A DNA stretch of 64,000 bases from Prorocentrum cordatum. Lineage: Eukaryota. Below the pieces are notes generated by a model. It made no database searches. It saw only the letters and a list, made by a program, of their open reading frames with translations, and was not told where the DNA came from. The position numbers and the translations under genes are program-made. The DNA is taken from assembly GCA_963575745.1 (NCBI GenBank), contig CAUYUJ010000302.1, positions 1 to 64,000 on the forward strand, given 5' to 3'. Positions 23,249-36,900 of this stretch are shown piece by piece; within the stretch, counting starts at the first letter, position 1, and each line of letters starts with the position of its first letter.

Positions 23249-25139
23249 ATGAATAGCCCCGTTTGCGCGGGGCTGAAAATATCATTCCGCTGAAATCACC
23301 CACGGGATTTTATCGATGGGGTGCTAAGATAACGAAAAAGGTTTCTCTTAATTGCTTGTTCTGGCTATTTCAGGAGAAACGTTTAGTAAGGACGCAAGGA
23401 TGTCGTTGGGATGCTTTCGCGCCGTTGCCATTTCGGCCCGCCTTTCGCGGCTTTCTTTGGCCAGCCCTCCAGGGCGCAGGCGCCGGCAGTCCGCCGCCCA
23501 AAAAGTGCCATTTCGACGTCCACGGCTCTTGCGTCCTTAACGCCCGTTGTTACCTTGATGTTCGATTGTATCTTCGTTCAGCGTCAGGACTGCAAGTGCA
23601 CCATGTATTCCACTTTTGCGCGGCAGTATTTACGGTCGACCTGGGGGGGGCAATCCTTCTTTATGTGTTGCGGCTTGGTGCAGTGCGAAGAACACTTTCC
23701 GCTGAACCCGCCCTCGCGGATTATTTTTGGTCGTTTCCATTCAAAGGGTGATCCAGGTCGGGTTTGTGCAATCACGGTGCCATATCAGGTCATGCCAACA
23801 AGCAACCGAGTGCCAACGCCACGTCGCTACATCATATCGACGTTGAATTGCGTGGTTCGTCGTTCCGGTATAGAGATGTACTGGTAGATGCAAGCGCAGA
23901 CGAGCAAACGTCGAATGACGATGCCAATGCCGTTTTTTAGCGAACGTGCACGATCGGCCCCAAACGACACGAGGGACAGTTGACCCCAAGGCATTGGAAA
24001 CCGTTCCACCATTTGCGGAACGGCGTTCGCGCAATACGGAAAGGTTCGACAAACATGAACCGCTGATCCGCGCAACCTCATCAGAGTGAGGGGGCCGAAC
24101 GGTCATTCATTGTCCCTGGGTGCGTGGCTGAAGTGAAAATCCGTGGTGAGGATTATGCTTGTTGAGTTCTCATTTCTGAAGAATCATTATTAATGATCCC
24201 CCCACTGGTGCATATTGTTTTTTCTCAATCGAACTGTGCCCCTCCACGCTCGCACCCTGTTTTTTTGACAGGGAAAGTCTTGATGCTCAAACTGAGCCCC
24301 TGGCCCCCCCGGGTTACAACAACAACGGCTCCCGCGTCAGACTTCCTCACATTTTGCCAGGACCCCGCTCCCGCCCGAGATTTCCTTGCATGTTATTCAG
24401 GGATCGCGTTCTCGCTTGGGAGTTCCTTACAATTTATTCCGGAGCTCCTGTCCCGGCGCTCTGGCGTCGCGCTCTCGCTGGTTGCTTGCAATTCACTGCA
24501 AAATAGCGCCCTTGCGTTGGAATGTCTTGCAATTTGCTCAAGCGCCGCGCTCCCCATTCCCAGGCGCCCAGGAGTCGCGCCCGTTGTGGCCCCATGTGCA
24601 TGCCCTTCGTGGCCCTGCTGTCGTCGTTTGTGGCCCCCTCACTGTCCTACGTGGCCCAGTTGCTACCCTCAGTGGCCCCATCGTTGCTTTCGGTGGCCCC
24701 GCAGTATCTGCCCTTCGTGGCCCCCGCTCGTTCGCGCTCTTCGTGGCCCCATACGCATTCCGTTCGTGTCCCCGCTGTCGCCCTTCGTGGCATACTTAGT
24801 GTCCTTCGTGGCATTGCTGTCGTTCTCTCTCGCTTTCGCTCGTCGTCGCCGTCGTGGTCGACGTGGTCGACGTCGTCGTCGTCGTCGTGGTCGGTCCCCT
24901 GTCCGTCCCTCTTGGGGTCGTCGGGTCGACGGTCCGCGATCGCTCCGCCGATCATCGCTGCCGCTGGCCAGGCCGACGGTACGCGGCCGCCCCGCCGCTT
25001 GCCGGGGCCCGGCCTGCAGGGAATAAAGGTATACCCCCCAAAAAGGGTTCGATCGAAGACGGAAAGGGCGGGTATCGAGGATTTGGGAAATACGCGTTAT
25101 TGGACACTCGAGCAGTTAAGGGCGAATAGTCTTAAGATG

Positions 25140-25260
25140 ATTGTTGTTGTTGTTGTTGTTGTTGTTGCTACTGTTGTTGTTGTGTTGTTGTTGTTGTTGC
25201 TGCTGCTGTTGTTGTTGTTGCTATTGCTGTTGCGGTTGCTGTTGTTGTTGTTGTTGTTGA
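25140..25260. repeat. (GTT)n microsatellite
   Basis: Directly visible. Confidence 0.95.
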
Positions 25261-25291
25261 ACATTATTTCTTCTTAAGAATAATTATTGTT

Positions 25292-26780
25292 GGGACCCCT
25301 GGTGCGCGGCCCCCCCGCCGCGCCTAGGCCGCAACCACATTTTCATCATTTTCGTGAGGAAGCCTCAGGCAAAACGATGTGGTCCAGATCCGGTTGTTTT
25401 GTTGTCCCCCGCTTTCCCTTGCACAAAACAATATAAAATGACAGTTCTTGTTCTAACATATCCAAACTTCAAGAATCCCTTGCAAAAAATAAGGTAAAGT
25501 GGACATTCGCGCGCGCAAGACGAAATCCTTCCAAAACCTTAGTTTTCGTAGCGATTTTAACATAAAAACATCAAAAAACCAATGGTTTTTCAAAAAAAAA
25601 TTGTCAAAATTTCATCCCGCGCGCTCTTGCGGATTCGTAGGAAACCCAATACTTTTTAAACATTTCTGTCAAACGGGCTTTTGCGAGCAACTTTTTCGAA
25701 CTTCTGCAACAACGGTTGCGCACCTGCCAGGGCCATCATCCCTTTCAAATAATACCATGCGGGACACATTCGTTTTTTCTTCGCGCGCGCACGCCGTCGT
25801 CGTCGGCCGCGGGGCCCTGAATAGTAGCCACGGTCGTCCGCGTGCCACGAAGTGAAGTGTCCGAACGTCATAGGGCGGGAAGCTGGGTGTGGGTGGTGCG
25901 AAGAGTCGTTTGGAAATTTGGTAGAGCTTGAACCGGCCCCCCCACAAAGTGGGGGTATTGCCCGCCTCCTACGAAAACCCTGGAACTGGTGAGAACGGAG
26001 TGTCCCACGTGCTAGTAATTGTTGTTGAATACTAATTACTGAAGAATAATAATTAATTGTTTGGCCCCCTGGATGCAACCCTCCACTCGTCCGCGCCTAG
26101 GCCCCCGCTACTTTTCATCATTTTTCGTGAGGAACTCAGCAAACCATGTGGTCCAATCCGTTTGTTTGTTGACGCTCGTTTTCCTGTCAAAACCGACTAT
26201 AAATTGGAAATTAATGACATTTCTTGTTCTAACATAACCAAACTTCAAGAATCCCTTGCAAAAAATAAGGTAAAGTGGACATTCGCGCGCGCAAGACGAA
26301 ATCCTTCCCAAACCTTAGTTTTCGTAGCGATTTTAACATAAAAACATCAAAAAACCAATGGTTTTTCAACAAAAAAAGTCAAAATCTCATCCCGCGCGCT
26401 CTTGCGGATTCGTAGGAAACCCAACACTTTTTAAACATTTCTGTCAAACGGGCTTTTGCGAGCAACTTTTTCGAACTTCTGCAACAACGGTTGCGCACCT
26501 GCCAGGGCCATCATCCCTGTCAAAATACCATGCGGGACACATTCGTTTTTTCTTCGCGCGCGCACGCCGTCGTCGTCGCCCGCGGGGCCCTGAATAGTAG
26601 CCACGGTCGTCCGCATGCCACGAAGTGAAGTGTCCGAACGTCATAGGGCGGGAAGCTGGGTGTGGGTGGTGGCGAAGAGTCGTATGGAAATTTGGTAGAG
26701 CTTGAACCGTCCCCCCCACAAAGTGGGGGTATTGCCCGCCTCCTATGAAAACCCTGGCACTGGTGAGAACGGAGTGTCCC
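25292..26780 (+). repeat. Tandem duplication of a ~715-bp non-coding unit (25292-26006 and 26063-26780)
   Basis: Long near-identical blocks, for example AAACTTCAAGAATCCCTTGCAAAAAATAAGGTAAAGTGGACATTCGCGCGCGCAAGACG at ~25463 and ~26240. Both units end in GAGAACGGAGTGTCCC. Confidence 0.9.
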
Positions 26781-26837
26781 CAGTCTTAAATGATTGTTGT
26801 TGTTGTTGTTGTTGTTGCTTTTTGCCGTCGTCCCCTC

Positions 26838-27198
26838 CGCGAACCACCCGCGACACACACCGCGACCCACCCGCGACACACCCCGCGACACACCCCGCGA
26901 CGCACCCGCGACCCAACCCGTGACCCACCCGCGACCTACCCCGCGACCCACCCGCGACCCACCCGCGACCCAGCAACGTAGAAGGGCACGGAATAAACGC
27001 AGAATCTAACCGCGACCCACCCGCCACGAACCCGCAACCCATCCCGCGACCCACCTCGAACGCAACCGGGCCCCATCACCGATCCACCCGGCGCTCAACC
27101 GCGACCCACCGCGACCCCCTTGCGACCCCCCTCCAGGGAGACCCACCCCGCGACCACCCGCGACCTATCCGCCACCCACCCGCGACCCACCCGCGACC
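26838..27198 (+). repeat. CCCGCGACCCA minisatellite
   Basis: About 20 degenerate copies of CCCGCGAC(C/A)CA. Confidence 0.85.
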
Positions 27199-27516
27199 GA
27201 TCCACTTTGGAAAAATAAATACGTCGGGACTCGGCGATTGCGGCGGGCTCGTTTGTATAATGTGTGAAATTTTGGCGGCCTGCGCGGGCTTCTCCGGAGT
27301 CCTCTCAAGACTGCTGCGGACGCCCCACGCCTCCTGACTCTTATCCGCACTGCGGTGTCTACGTTATTAATATCTTGTTTCAGTCGTCCCTCCCCTCTCC
27401 GCCTCCCTCCTTCCTCCTCCTTTTCTCCGTTCCCTCCCTTCTCTTCCCCCCGTGATGTTTTTCCTCTGGGTCCATCGTCTGCAAGCCGTCCGAGCCGTCT
27501 CGATGGAATCCAGAAG

Positions 27517-27582
27517 GTCCTGGAGTCTGTGGAGTCCGAGTACGACAGCGAGATCGCCAGCAAGCTGGTGTCGGAACTGGAG
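27517..27582 (+). CDS. RPLP2: 60S acidic ribosomal protein P2, internal exon (VLESVESEYDSEIASKLVSELE)
   Basis: The translation matches the P2 helix 2-3 region (compare KILDSVGIEADDDRLNKVISELNGK). It is flanked by an AG|G acceptor at 27515-27516 and a GC donor at 27583, and splices in phase 0 to 44671. Confidence 0.85.
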
Positions 27583-27763
27583 GCCCCCGCGGGTGGCCGC
27601 ATTGTGGGCGTTCCCCCCCTCCGCCGCCCTTCCCTCCCTCCCTCGTTCCTTCCCTCCCTCTCTTATTCATACGTCCCTCACTCCTCCCTCTCTCCCTCCT
27701 CCCCCGGCTCCGGACAGGTATCGCTTCCGCAATGTTTTGTTGTTTTGCTTTGTTTTTTCTTCA

Positions 27764-28280
27764 GGACAACCAATCGCCGACGTACTATATGAGACACACA
27801 TGGCTCACCGAATGCAGGACGTGCGTGCACGGATGCTTGACGAAGGTTATCCGTACTTCCTACCACAGACGGACAGGCCTATGATTTTTTGAGTCGGTCC
27901 CTGGTAGTTGTGTCGGAGGCCTTCGCACGACGTGGGCACATGTTGAACGTTGGCCCGTTCAAAACAGCGCTCATCACGTGGCGCGGACAAGGCACCAAAC
28001 AAACACGACATTCAGCATGGCACGAGCATGGCGGGCGCATCGCGGGAGTATCGGACGCACTCGGGACAGTGAGTGCCCATAGTGTGCACAAGCCCCATCT
28101 CCGTTATTATCGTGTTGCCTCCACCGCGTCCTCCCTCCAAGTGCTCCGTCGGCGCGTCTTTGCGACCGACGGTCTATCCCTACATCATCTACTTGTGTTT
28201 GCGGGTCGCCTCGTCGTGTCAGGACGATTGGACAACGCAAGTGCATGGCTTGCGCGTGCGACAAACGAGGCCACGCCAGC

Positions 28281-28327
<47 letters not shown>

Positions 28328-30290
28328 GTGAAAATACAGTGCTGCCGCACGCGTCCGCTTTCAGGAAAAAGCCTCCCAGCTGTCCGACATTCTGGTGTTA
28401 GCCCAACTACACAGGCCCACCCCGGACATCACGCTGCGTCCAGCTAGGCTCCGACACTTGGGGTCGCTGTACCATTTTGGGCCTCACCTGGCCTTTCTTC
28501 TTGTGACAGCGGAGTGGAATGCAGCTACTGATGACCAGACACAACAGCGTACGACCTTGGGCCAGTGGATTCAGGACCTCACGTGGCTGCGACGAGCGGT
28601 CAAACAGTGTCAGGACATCCCACTCCCAGCCGATGACCGGAAGGCTGGGGATTCGCTCATACGACTCAGCCCGCCGGCGTGGAAGCGCATCATACGCATC
28701 GGTGTGCACGCGTGTACGCGGTATCAGAGCACATGCATATTGGCGCAGCACACTGAGCTTCAATTCTGTATTGAGGTGCGCGCAGCGGGAGTGCACCACC
28801 ACGTGCGCAACAGACGAAAGAGGACTAGTGGTGCAACCGCCCGCGCTCACAGCCTCGACGCACATGGAGCGCCCATGGTGCGGCGAGGCTTTTGCTCTGC
28901 ATCGCGCGCTACGCACACGCATTGCGCGCGTGCATCGACAGCTCTCGACGATTGCTCGGGGATACGCAGGGCACGACGGGACATGCACGGTGTGTCTGCT
29001 GGAGTTCATCTTGTCGACCACCTACCGATCGATTCGCCTAGATGCCCATTCGCCGACCGACTTATTAGGGACAACCCTGCCGACCATCTCCAAGACCCAC
29101 CCCAGACCACCCAGATGGCCACGCATGCCAGCCACGTATGCATACCGCGCCGACGCGCGGTCGTACCTACTTCACGCGCACTCGGCCCTCTTTGCACAGC
29201 TTGCCAATGACGCAGCGGAGATGGTGCCGCAAGCATACGCGCGACAGGTGTTGCTGGAAAGTGGCCCGCATCTTGCACCAGAGGCCCGCGCTGCGCTCCT
29301 ACCTCCGCCGCCCCCCACCGACCAGGAAGACTCCTGCCCACCTGCCCGGCGCCGACCAGCACAGCGCGAGCGATATCCGACGCGCATGTTCCTTGCCGAG
29401 CAGCACGCAGACAGGGCTGCGCAGACACTGCTATCGGCAACGCGTCGGTCCGAATATGTCATGCCCAACCTTTTCTTTGGGCGACGACGGCCAGGGGACA
29501 TTCGGGCGTCGCTCGAGTGGACTGAAGATTGCAATGGCTTGTCCGTCAGCGTCTTGCTTATCGACGTCGCCATCGGCCCCGTGCTCGGTGATCTGATGCG
29601 TCGCGAGTCTTCGGGGGCCTGGAAGGAAAGCGTCCGTGCTCGACGGGCGGCGCCGCCAGGCGATGGCGCGCGGGGCGGGGGGGGGGGGGGGCGTGCGAGG
29701 CGCGGTCAGCAGCCCGATGGGCTCCCAACAGTGGGCTTCCACCGCTCCACCCCCGCGATGATTTCTGGGGCCTTCTTGCAGCGACCCCGCGACAGATTGG
29801 GCAGCCCAGGGTAGGGAACGAGCTTCTAGGGGCCATGATCGAGCTATTCGCGGTGCGCCAGACGGTCGGCGCCAGTTGTTGGATGGGGCACCCCGGGCCA
29901 GCGCGCGAGCGCGCAGAGGCCGCCAGCTCTTTTCCCTGCCCCTCGCTCAGAGCAGCGGTGGCGTCAAGTAGCGCGAGCGCCTGCGCGTGTCCCGGCACCG
30001 CGCATGGGCGCGCTGCAGGGTGGGCTCTGCGAGGCGCCAGGGGGGGCGTTGTCGCGGGGCCCCCGAGGTGCTCGCGGGGCTCGACGGGGCTCGGGCGAGA
30101 GCGGCGCGCGGCCGAAGAGAAGGCCCGCTCGCCAGCGCTGCGCCGGGAGCTAGCGGACGGCAGCATGGACGCAGTCATCCACACGCATGTGTTGCGCGAA
30201 GACGGGGGTGGCCTGATGGCGCGATGGGGGAGGAACTCCGCGGGCCGCCTAGGGCAATTTTCGCAGAATGGGGTCCATCCCGCAGGACAG
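27764..30290 (+). mobile_element. Decayed LINE 3' portion: RT remnants, C2H2-like Zn fingers and a C5 methyltransferase-like domain
   Basis: GQPIADVLY and MLNVGPFKT (RT/thumb remnants); RLRHLGSL..GP; PWCGEAFALHRALRTRIARVH and CTVCLLEF. Then NLFFGRRRPGDI (motif I), LIDVAIGPVLGDL (II-III), G.ACEARSAAR (degenerate PCETWS, IV), WGL..RQ..GNELL and WMGHP (EHP-like, VI). There are many frameshifts. Confidence 0.6.
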
Positions 30291-30576
30291 ACGAGACTTG
30301 GGCCCCAGGTTTTGCGTTCCCCCGGGCAGGGCGGGCCTTGGCGGGCCCCCGGCGGCGCGGGTTTTTACCGCCTGGGCCGACGGGCGCGGAAGTTGCACCT
30401 GAGCCAGGGGCCGCCTTCGACCCTGAGGCGACGCCGTAGGGCCCAGGCCCGCTAGAAGATTCCGATGAGCAAGAGGATGCGGAAGTTTTAGTTCTCATCG
30501 AAGGCATCAGCATGCCACGGCCAGAGGACACAGAGCCCCCCTGTCCACGCCCCCCCCCCCCCCCCCCCCTCCTCAT

Positions 30577-30609
<33 letters not shown>

Positions 30610-31633
30610 CGACCAGTCGAGCCCGCCGAGGTCATTCGCCAGCGCGTTGCAGCCAGTCGTGCGCGGGCCAGGGGGCGTCGCAGGCTGCGCCTCGCTAAGA
30701 GGATCACCTCTTCGACGTTGCAGCCCGACTTGGGCATTGGGATGTCTGACCAGGCGCGAGACTCATCAGCGTCGTTGGAGGGGCGGTCGGTCAGATCAGG
30801 AGCGGGGCGGAGGTTGGAGCAGCAGCAGATGGCCGCAGGTTGCCTGCCGCGCCCCGCCCCCGCGCGCGGCCGCCGCCCGCCCGCGCCGCGTGCGTCGGGT
30901 GGCCTCGAGGGAGAGCCGAGTGGCCCGCGATCCTCGGATGTCGAATTAGGCTCTTGGAGTCACGCGTCGCCAAGTTTTGCCGTTCAGGTCAGAACGCGTT
31001 GCGTGCCTCCCCTCTCCGCGCTGCCCGCCAGGCGCACGCCCCTCCGCCCGTCGCGATGGGGGGCGGCGGAGCGGGGGAGTTTTGCTCAGAAGCGGCGTCC
31101 AACATCTTGTTTTGCTGCCTGTGCTTCCCGCTGTCCAGACATTTTGTCACGTTCATATCCGCCTCGGCCCGTCGTTCGGGGATGCTTCAACCTCGTCCGC
31201 CCAGGACCGCCCGCGCTGCATGTCCCGTTCCTCCTGGCCACGATTGCGAGTCGGAGACGCGCGCTGCGTTGCCCGCGCTGAGCGACAGGCCCGTGCGGTC
31301 TGCGAGCCCGCCAGGGGTCTCGCACTCAGCCCATTTGCATGCCTGCCCGCTTTTTCGGTGGTTCCATGGAGGCGGGGGTCACTGGTTGGGATGGGATTAA
31401 CTGCCGTCAAGTTGTTCACTCGGTTGCCCGCGCAGAAGACTGTATAACCACTCTGCTAGTTGCAGCGCCGCGCCGCCTCTACGCGACATCCAGATGGTTC
31501 AGCGCGCGCGCAATCAAACGCACCCCCTCCCTCGTCTTGGGCCGCGGTGGCGCCCTCTGCGGGCTGTTTGGGGATGCGCTGGTAGCCCCTTGAGCGACCG
31601 CCAAAAATGCGCGCGCGAGGCTTCTATTCGCCG

Positions 31634-31904
<271 letters not shown>

Positions 31905-32699
31905 AGCTGGGCCGTCTCTGGAGGCACCTGATGTGCCTGGCATTTGGGCCTCTGGGGACTCCTTGCGCCGCCCAGAGGTCTGCTTCGGTGTCGCGGCGGC
32001 CTCCGGGGATTTCTCTCGACCATTTCGATGCCGTCTCAGGGGGGACATGGCTACTTGGACCCCCATTGCACGATGCCGCATTCGGTGTTTCCGATTCGAT
32101 GCCGAGTTCGGCCAGCCCGATCCGACGGGGTTCTGATGTTGCGACGATCCGATGCGCGATGCTTGCGCGGCGCCCTCGTGCATCCAGGCGCGGCCGATGC
32201 GATGTCATCTCGGGTCCGTGCCGCCGCGTCCAAGCCGATTCGTTCCCATGTCCGGATCCGGCGTTGACATGATAATGGCACACCCGCTGCCCCTTCTTCG
32301 AATCCGCGGTTTGGGTTTCGGAAAGGGTCGGGGGCCTCGAGACGGGGGTCAGTGCAAACGGGGGTCAGCCACGGCGCCGGATCTTGCAGGATCCTGCAAA
32401 GACCCCCATCTGGCTGACCCGGGTCAGGGAGCCGCTCGCGGCCGCGAGGCGGCCGCGCCCATTGGCTGACCCGGGTTTGCGAGGACCTGCGTTGCAGTTT
32501 TTTTCCCTGCATTGCAGTTTTTGGTTTCCTGCTGACCCGGGCCTGGATTGACCCGGGTCAGAAGATCCCCGACAGGGGGGGGCGGGGGGGGGGGGGTCTC
32601 GCAAGTTTGGCGGCCCCCACCAGCTTGCAAGATACTCGTTCTGCGGATCTGAGCAGGAGGGCGAATGCCTCCACTAGAGGTTCGCTCAGTGTTCGCCGT

Positions 32700-35160
32700 T
32701 GTGCCTGGCGCCTTGCTCTGCTGTGCAGTGGTGGGCGCATCCCATCTTTAGCGACGGCATCATGTCGGTCTGTATAGACGTTGTCTGGTAAATCTTTGGA
32801 TTGTGGGCACCATTATCATTGATGTGCCAATGGGGACTGACACCCCAGTCGCTTTGTGCCGCGCCGAACACATCTGCGTCGGATACGTCCCTTGTTTATT
32901 TCTAGCTGCCATTTGCAAAGTGTTGCGTTGCTGGGCGGGCAATCGCGCATGGGGTGAAGCGGCGAATTCGCACCTGCGTCCATCTCAGACATCCCCGCGA
33001 AGGGGGCCCGCAACGTTGTCCTGGCACCCTGTCAGACCCGACGCGAAACGTGCGTTCTTGTCGGGCGCGCGCCAGATGCTCGATTGCGTTCCCTCGGCCC
33101 CTGCCCCCCGCCCCCCCCCCCCCACTCCCGACGTGGGTGGCCGGGCATTGCCGCGGGCGAAGCTGCGTTTGACAAGAGCGCGATTTGCCGCCCTGCCGCT
33201 GCGCGCGCGGACGTGACCTAAGGTTCGCATCTGATATGGCTGGGCTGCCGGTGTTTTTTTTTTTTTCGCGAAGGTTCCAGGCCCGCCCGACGGCCCTGCG
33301 CGGGCGCCCTCACTTCTGGCAGCCCCTAGGGACTGCCCGCGTCGCGTTCTCGACACATAGCAACAGAACCGGCCCCGCATGCCGCGGCCGACGGGCCCCG
33401 GAGGTCGCCGAAAACAGGCGCCGCGGGCCGCGCTCGCTCTTGGTCGCGGCGTGCGTCGCAGACGCAACGGCGTCATGCGAGCGGGCGATTGCGCGCGCGA
33501 GCATGGGCGCCATCCCCGGGCCCGTCGTGCCCTTCATGTTTTTCGCCGCTGGGAACTGTTTGTCGCTCTTGCGGAACTATGCAATGGGCGCGGATGCGCG
33601 CGCGCTGCAACTCGTTACCTCCGCGCCCCCCCCTTCCCCGCCCTTCGCAGCAGCGCGCGCGTAGGCCGCCAGTTCCCAATGCCCCCGTTGACAGGGCCAC
33701 CTGCTTCGCTGCGCGAGCGCACTCTTGCGAGGCCGTCGTCTTCGCAGTTCTAGCTTGCCACAGCCTCTCCAGGCGGTCATGCTCGATGCGGGCGCGAGAG
33801 TGCGCGCCCATGTGGCGAGCCTTCGCCGACTTCACTGCGAGCGGCCCCGCGGCCGTGGGCCGGGGGATCGCGGCCGAGAAGCGATTGGGGGGGGGGGGGC
33901 GGCCGCGGCGTGCTGAAGCAGCTGAGCGACGCGATGCGACTACCCCCGACGCATTTGAATTCCACCACGCGAAGCTCCTTGGGCGGGGAGGCAGCGCGGG
34001 AGGGGGTCGCGAACGCAAATTGCACCATGCGTTTCTGGAAGCGACAGGCGCGAAATTATGCGCGCGGGCACGCGCGGGCGTGCCTCCATATATAGCGCAT
34101 GCGTAAAACGCACGCGCGCGGAGGGCTGTCCGCTGGGTTCCACTCAGCGTTCGATGCCCACGGCCCTCCGCCCGCGCGCCCGATCGATGCCGCCCGTGAC
34201 GCGGATTCGCGGAGTCGCGCGGGCGTGTGCCAATGATTTGTCAAACGCGTGCTTGGCATTCTCGGCCTTGACCGTCGCCTTCTCTAGGGACTTGGCGGTC
34301 TTGTCCTCCGGGGGGGTGCTAGTTCCGGAACGATATCTCCAATGCGAGCAGGCGCGTGCAAGGCCGACCCGACGCGTAGTCGAACTAACCAACGCGTGCC
34401 CCGTCCCGAAGACAGCGCGCGTCACATGCGCTTCGCATGCGCGCGCTGCGCCGCAGTGCGCAGCGCGTTAGCCAGACGCAGTGTGCGCGCAAATTGTGCA
34501 ATGCCCGCGCGCATGCATGACGGCACGATGTATAGCCAATGCGGCCACCTGGCGCTCGTCTTGTTCCGTTTTCTGATGCAGTCGGACGCATGTTCGGCGG
34601 GCGCGTCGAGTTGCCGTCTGAAGTAGGTGGTGCCCCTTTCGAGCCGCTGGGCTGGCATGGGCTGATGGCGGCGTGTAGTCACGGGCGGAGGCGAGGGTCC
34701 GTTGGCTGGGGGGGCAGGCGGATGCGAAGGACAGGGGGGTCGCGGAGCTGGAGGGGCGAGTGGGCGGCCGGAGGGGGAATCCACGAAGTGCGTCGGATCG
34801 CGCGGGGAGGATGCGCTTGAGATACAAAGGCGGGGCAACGCAAGGGGGGCGAAGGAGGCCATGGGCGAGCAGGGGGAGACGCAGCAGGCGCGGGGAAAAA
34901 ATGAGCAGGTCGGCGGGGCGGGCTCGGCCGCCGCGCCCCTTGCGCGCCGCGCGGGGGGCGCCGGGCGCGAGGGCGACGGGGGGGGGGGCAGGGAAGGCGA
35001 TGCGGGCGAAGGGCGAGGGCCGAGGGCGAGGATGATGGAGGGCTGCGCGGGGGGGGGGTCTGCGACGCGGCGCGGGGGAGCCCGCCCTGCAGAGCCGCCG
35101 CTGATTAAAAATAGCAGCTTGCGCTGAGCATGCGCAGCAGATGTCCGTGTTCATGCGGTT
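32700..35160 (-). pseudogene. Possible heavily decayed LINE 5' portion (ORF1 Zn finger and coiled coil, then APE endonuclease)
   Basis: Minus-strand scraps in the expected order: ICCACSAQAAIFNQRRLCR, KSLEKATVKAENAKHAFDK, VKSAK..SQECAR..GGGAEV, AHAR, VLLLCVENAT. All are weak. Confidence 0.3.
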
Positions 35161-36139
35161 CGTTTGATGGGTTCGGGCTTGGGGCGGTCAGCTGGGTGGC
35201 CTAGGTCGGTTAGGTCGGTTGGGCTGTGCGCGTCGGGCTTCCGGCGCCCCGCCCATCTGCCGCGGCGCTGGGTCGCGAGACGCGCTGCGTTGCGCGTCGA
35301 CGGCCGCAGCTGCGATGCGCCGGCGGCGCGGGGGGGTCGGGGGCCCCGCGGGGGCGGCAGATGGCCCGGCGCCGCGCGATGGGCCCGAGCGCCGTTGATT
35401 GGGTTCCGAGATGCGACTGATGCGTCGCATATCGGGGCCCAGGATATGGCGCTTTTGTCGCATCTCGGATTCCATGATATAGCAAATTTCTCTTATTTAT
35501 GTCGATTGCAGATGATATGCTGCATCTCGGGTTCCGATAAACGACGGGCGCGATGCGGCATGCATCCGCGGCTGTCGCGGGCCCCGGCGGCCCGCGCGCC
35601 GTCGCGAGGTTTGGCCGCGCAGCCTTCGCGGCGGCAGCCGTCTTAGCTGTCTCGTCGATAGCTAGTGCACCATTGCATTGCGCAGCGCCAGAGCCTCGGC
35701 ACACGGGCGCGGCCCCAGGCGCGCGAAGGGGGGCGGCGAGGGGCGAGTCGGGCAGGGGCGGGGCGAGGCGGGCCAGGCGGGGGCAGCAGAGCGGGCGATG
35801 CGAGGTGGGCTGGGCGAGGCGAGGCAAGCGAGGTGAGGCGAGGTAGACTGGGCGACGCGAGGCCAGGCGACGAGGGGACCGCATCGGCGCGCAAGAGGCA
35901 GCGGGGGTGTCCAGAGGCCGCCCTTGCCAAAGCTGCTTGCCGCGCCTGCTGCGCGGTTCTTCTGGCGCGCCGCGTTCCAGTCGCGGAAGTGCGCGCGTTT
36001 CGACCTTTCCGGGGTCTCGGCGTCGCTATCGTTCGTCGCGAAGCGGCGGGTCGCGCCGTCGACCTCGGCCTGGCCCGGCGCCCGCGCTGGCCGCGCCCCG
36101 GGTGGCCGAATTTCGTCGCCTTCGCTTCCATGGGCTTGT

Positions 36140-36900
36140 GCTCGTAGTCGCCGTCGCGCCCCTCTTCGCCCTCGCCCTCGCGGCGCGCTTGCCCTCGCGG
36201 CGCTCGACGTTGCCCCTGTAGCCGCCGCGCGGCTTGCCCTCGTACTCAGGCTTGCCCTCGCAGCTCTCGACGCGGCCCCTGCGGCCGCCGCGCTTGCCCT
36301 CGCTGCGCTCGACGTTGCTCTTGTGGCCGAAGCGCTGCTCGCAGCCGCCGCCCTCGCCCTCGTGCGCGTGGCCCTTGTAGCCGCCGCGGCGCTCGCCCTC
36401 GTCGGGCTCGACTTGGCGCTCGTGGCCGCCCGTGCTGCGTTCGCCTCGCAGCGCTCGCAGCCGCCTTGCCCGCCCTCCCGGCGCTCGTCGCCAATGCTGC
36501 GATCGCCACCGCGGCGCGTGCAGCCACCGTCGCACTCGCCTTCGAAGCGCCGGTAGTTGCCAGTTGCCCTTGGAGCCGCCGCGGCGCTCGCCCTCGTCGC
36601 GCTCGCAGCGGCCCTTGTAGCCGCCGTGCGCGCCCTCGTTGCGCGCACCGTGGCCCTTGTAACCGCGGCGCTCATCGCGCTCGCAGTGGCTCTTGCAGCC
36701 GCCGCGCTCGCCCCCGCGGCGCTCGTCGCAGCCGCCGCGCAGCTCGCCCTTGCGGCGCTCGCCCTCGCAGCGCTCGCGGCGGGCGCCGCAGGGCTCGCCC
36801 TTGCGGCGCGCGCCGCCGCGGCGCTCGCGGCAACCGCCGCGCGGCTCGCCCTCGCGGCGGCCGCCGCCTTTGCAGCGCGCGCCCTCGCCGCGCTCGCCTC
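36140..36900. repeat. GC-rich degenerate tandem repeat (GCAGCCGCCGCGGCGCTCGCCCTCG-like)
   Basis: Reiterated units. The minus strand reads ER(D)EGERRGG(Y/C)KG repeatedly. Confidence 0.7.

Noticed and set aside
23760..24080. Minus-strand RRGVGTRLL resembling a GNAT motif A
   Set aside because: It is flanked by stops and no other GNAT features are present; likely chance.
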